Assembly (NCBI GenBank): GCA_030141605.1
Contig: JAQGDQ010000556.1
Location: forward strand, 78,516-142,515
Direction: 5' to 3'
DNA: 64,000 nucleotides
Source: Tubiluchus corallicola
Taxonomy: Eukaryota; Animalia; Priapulida
Shown in pieces: positions 59,691-64,000 of this stretch. The first letter of the stretch is position 1. Every line of letters starts with the position of its first letter. The position numbers and the translations under genes were made by a program. The notes beneath the pieces are model-generated. The model saw only the letters and a program-made list of their open reading frames with translations, ran no database searches and was not told the origin of the DNA.

Positions 59691-61446
59691 GCTTCTTATT
59701 CCTAATTCTTTTTCGCTCTCCCATGTTTATGTCTGATGTTTTCCTCTGCTTTTCGTAACATTATCTATCTTTAATTTCTATCTTTAACAACAAAGCACAA
59801 TACACAACACAATCTAACACAACGTACAAGATTTGAACTCAACCTATATGATTCAATCCTGTGATTTTGATTTTACTAGTCCATAGTGTTAGTTATGGCT
59901 GGATAAGGCAGTACAATAAACATGCAAAATCCCGGATAATAAGGGCTTACAACATCTATGACCATATTAGTCATACAACCATAGATCTATGCATACGGCA
60001 GTCACAGAGGGTACGCTAATATGAATTTTAATACCCATAATAACGCCTACCATATAGATTGCTCACAAAAAACGACGACTATAAAAGGTGATTATCGTTA
60101 GTGACGCCTGGTAGATTAACAACTGGCGGCGCTTGAGTAATGTTTTGTTCATATCTGTGGTTTTGTTCAAATCCGCTCAGAGTGCGGCATTTGTTTTTAT
60201 CCCAGAGAGCTCATCAATATTCAAGCAACGTTATTGTCATTATTATTACTACAGATCAGATAAGTTCTTACGAACAGATGTTTGTATTACAATAACGCGC
60301 AGAAATAAGAGAAATCTGAGCCGGAAAATCCGATTACTGCTAGTTTAAATTCTGCGTATATATAGGCATAAAAATCAATCAATCAATCAATTTATTTCAC
60401 TCCAGCAATACATATACAATACATCAACATACAACATTATTGAAACGAAAAGAAACAGTATAGGTAAAAAAACGTTGATGAAGTCAAATTAACCAAGTAA
60501 AAGAGTTGCTGTATGACACCTTGAAAGCTTGGCTTGTTAAGGTGGCAGAAATGAGTGAATGAAAGAATGGTTAGGGTTAGTAGAAATGATGAAATGGAAA
60601 AAATAGTAAGATTAGGGATAGGAAGAAGGAAAAGAGGAGAAGAAACGACCACAGTGTATGTTTACTTTACATAGAGGTATATTAAAATAGCATTATAATT
60701 GATTGGAGGCCATATATTGCGACTGCATGAGAGTCTACACCAAGCAAAGAGTTGGTAAGAGTGCAAAAGATGTCTGCTCTTTTAGTTCTTGCAGCGCTTG
60801 CAAAAATGGCGATCTTTAATTGACTGTCTAGTGTATGTATATATACACAAAAAGAGTTTTGGACAGTAAATTAAAATGAGATTGAGTCTAAACAATCATC
60901 CTAAATAGCGTATCTTTTCCTTTATTGTTACTTCATGTGAGGAGGAACTCAGGGCGGGTTTTTGCACCTCTAATAATCGGCAACCTTCTAGTTTTTATTA
61001 AGAAGCCTTTCATCATGTGTACAGTCTGCTGAAAATCCGTGTTGCAATCTTGACATAATTAAAACCTCATTAGAGTTCAATTAACACCACGCAACCTGCC
61101 TGCAAATTAGCGCAATTAGCCAGCGCTAAACTCTTCGTCAACCCTCGCCGCCAGATGGTCCCCTAGCTCCGGTCGAGTTCCGGTTCCGGTTCCGGTGTTA
61201 ATTCGACAGGCCAGAAGTGGCTTTATTGGGATCTCGCGCTTAATTTGTTCTCAGTGAAGTGAACTCAGCAAGTTGAAATCAGATTTCAACTTGGAATTGT
61301 ACAACAATACCAGCAAGATTGTAGCAATGATTGGATGGTAATAGAGTGAAGTTGGTCTCCTATTAGAGGCTATTTAATACTGACCCGCGCCACAGAATAC
61401 AAATGTGAATGAACGTTAAGGGCTGAATGAAGATTTGCTGAATAGC

Positions 61447-62330
<884 letters not shown>

Positions 62331-63401
62331 CATAAATTACTGCCTCCCTTATTTACTGATTATTTTTGTTTGAATGCTGAGATACATAATTACGGTACAC
62401 GTTATAGACTGAACTATCACTACATACAGTGCAACACAAATGTTAGAAAATTTTCTATTAAATACAATGGCCCTTACATATGGAATTCAATTGCTCCAGC
62501 TATTAAAAATGCCAAATTGCTGTCCATATTTAAAAAAATATATAAATTAAACTCACTTGAAACATATAACTGATCACTCAATCATGATTTGTTGTTTTTC
62601 ATTTTCAAAAACTTCCCCTCTAGTATAATAATATTTTTATTACTTCCCACCCGTATTTATATTTGTAATACTGTATTTGTAATATTGTATCTGTATATAT
62701 TGTAATAGTGTATCTGTATATATTGTAATAGTGTATATGTATATATTGTAATAGTGTATCTGTATATATTGTAATTTTTTTCGTAACTAATTCTAGTGGC
62801 CTACCATAAGCTAGCTTCTTAGGTCTCTAGCGCAGAATTCATGAATTGTATCATGATTTTGTATTAACAAAAACTGATTATCGATGCACATGTAATGTAT
62901 ATGTATATGTTTACTGCGAAATAAATCTATAAAATCTAAAATAACAGTTCAAGACCTCCTTGCCGATACAGTAACTGACTGATTGAAATATTACATTGTC
63001 AGTTTCCACAAGAAATATGAAAATTGTTTGTACTTTAAGCAAAATTATAATCATCGTCATGGAATGTAATAGGTAATGTGAAAGGATCGAGGAACGAAAT
63101 AAATAAGGAACAAATATAAGAAAAAAGGAACTGATGTTCTATTTTTATTTACTCGGAAATAATTAGTTATTTTTGCATTTATTAAAAAACAGTAAAAAAC
63201 AGACAAAGAAATAATTAAAAGTGGTTATTTCTTTGAGAAAATGCAAGGTCGTTGACATTATCTTCGTTTTCATTTGATGATGTGACCAGTTGGTCGTGTT
63301 TTACACTGTAGAGTAACATGTAAGCTCAGTGTTTGTCAATAAAGAGAATAATAAACATTTTTTTGTTTTTTCCATACTGTACAGTTGTGTTTATAGTATA
63401 A

Positions 63402-63413
63402 CTCTCTCTCTCC

Positions 63414-63449
<36 letters not shown>

Positions 63450-63506
63450 ATCTCTGTCTCTCTCTCTCTCTCTCTCTCCCTCTCTCTCTCTCTCTGTCTC
63501 TCTCTT

Positions 63507-63574
<68 letters not shown>

Positions 63575-63679
63575 TTCTCTTTCTCTCTCCTCTCCTTCTC
63601 TATCTCTGTCTCTCTTTCTCTCTGCATCTTGCTCATGCTCTCTCTCATTCTCTCTCTCTCTCTTTCCCCATCTCTCTTT

Positions 63680-63731
<52 letters not shown>

Positions 63732-63824
63732 CCTCCCTCCCTCCCTCCCTCTCTCTCTCTCTCTCCCCCCCCTCTCTCTCTCTCTCCCTCTCTTTCCCTC
63801 TCTCCCTCTCTCTATCTCTCTCCC

Positions 63825-63893
<69 letters not shown>
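63402..63893. repeat. (CT)n/(CCCT)n microsatellite block
   Basis: Direct inspection. Confidence 0.95.
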
Positions 63894-63895
<2 letters not shown>

Positions 63896-63969
63896 AAGTC
63901 TCTCCTACTTTTACATCATTGCATAATTTTAGTTCAGGCTAATAGGTATAATGATAGCAATTATCATCC

Positions 63970-64000
<31 letters not shown>

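Overview
AT-rich, repeat-dense eukaryotic (invertebrate animal, inferred) genomic DNA with spliceosomal introns; no rRNA, tRNA or CRISPR. Genes I can support: (1) a single-coding-exon acidic, MGxxxS-starting protein (4667-5458, +); (2) a complete 11-coding-exon orthologue of the SR-rich splicing factor PNISR/SFRS18 (10363-31614, +, 803 aa as spliced by hand); (3) a two-exon GT11 alpha-1,2-fucosyltransferase-like type II membrane protein with a roughly 1000-aa Q/N/Y-rich stem (34870-42775, -, 1299 aa); (4) a tandem duplicated pair of intronless, secreted, furin-site-bounded Cys-rich precursors (47580-49484 and 52264-53901, +) with a hypervariable 22-Cys module and microsatellite-encoded poly-Thr linkers. 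The rest is minisatellites, microsatellites, MITEs (piggyBac-, hAT-, Tc1/mariner- and Kolobok-like) and LINE remnants. The strongest leads are the diversifying Cys-rich precursor pair, the PNISR intronic arrays built from splice-signal motifs (about 28 CAGGTAAG donors in intron 3; an almost AG-free branch-point-like array in intron 8), and the giant-stem fucosyltransferase. All counts and splice models were made by eye and need computational confirmation.
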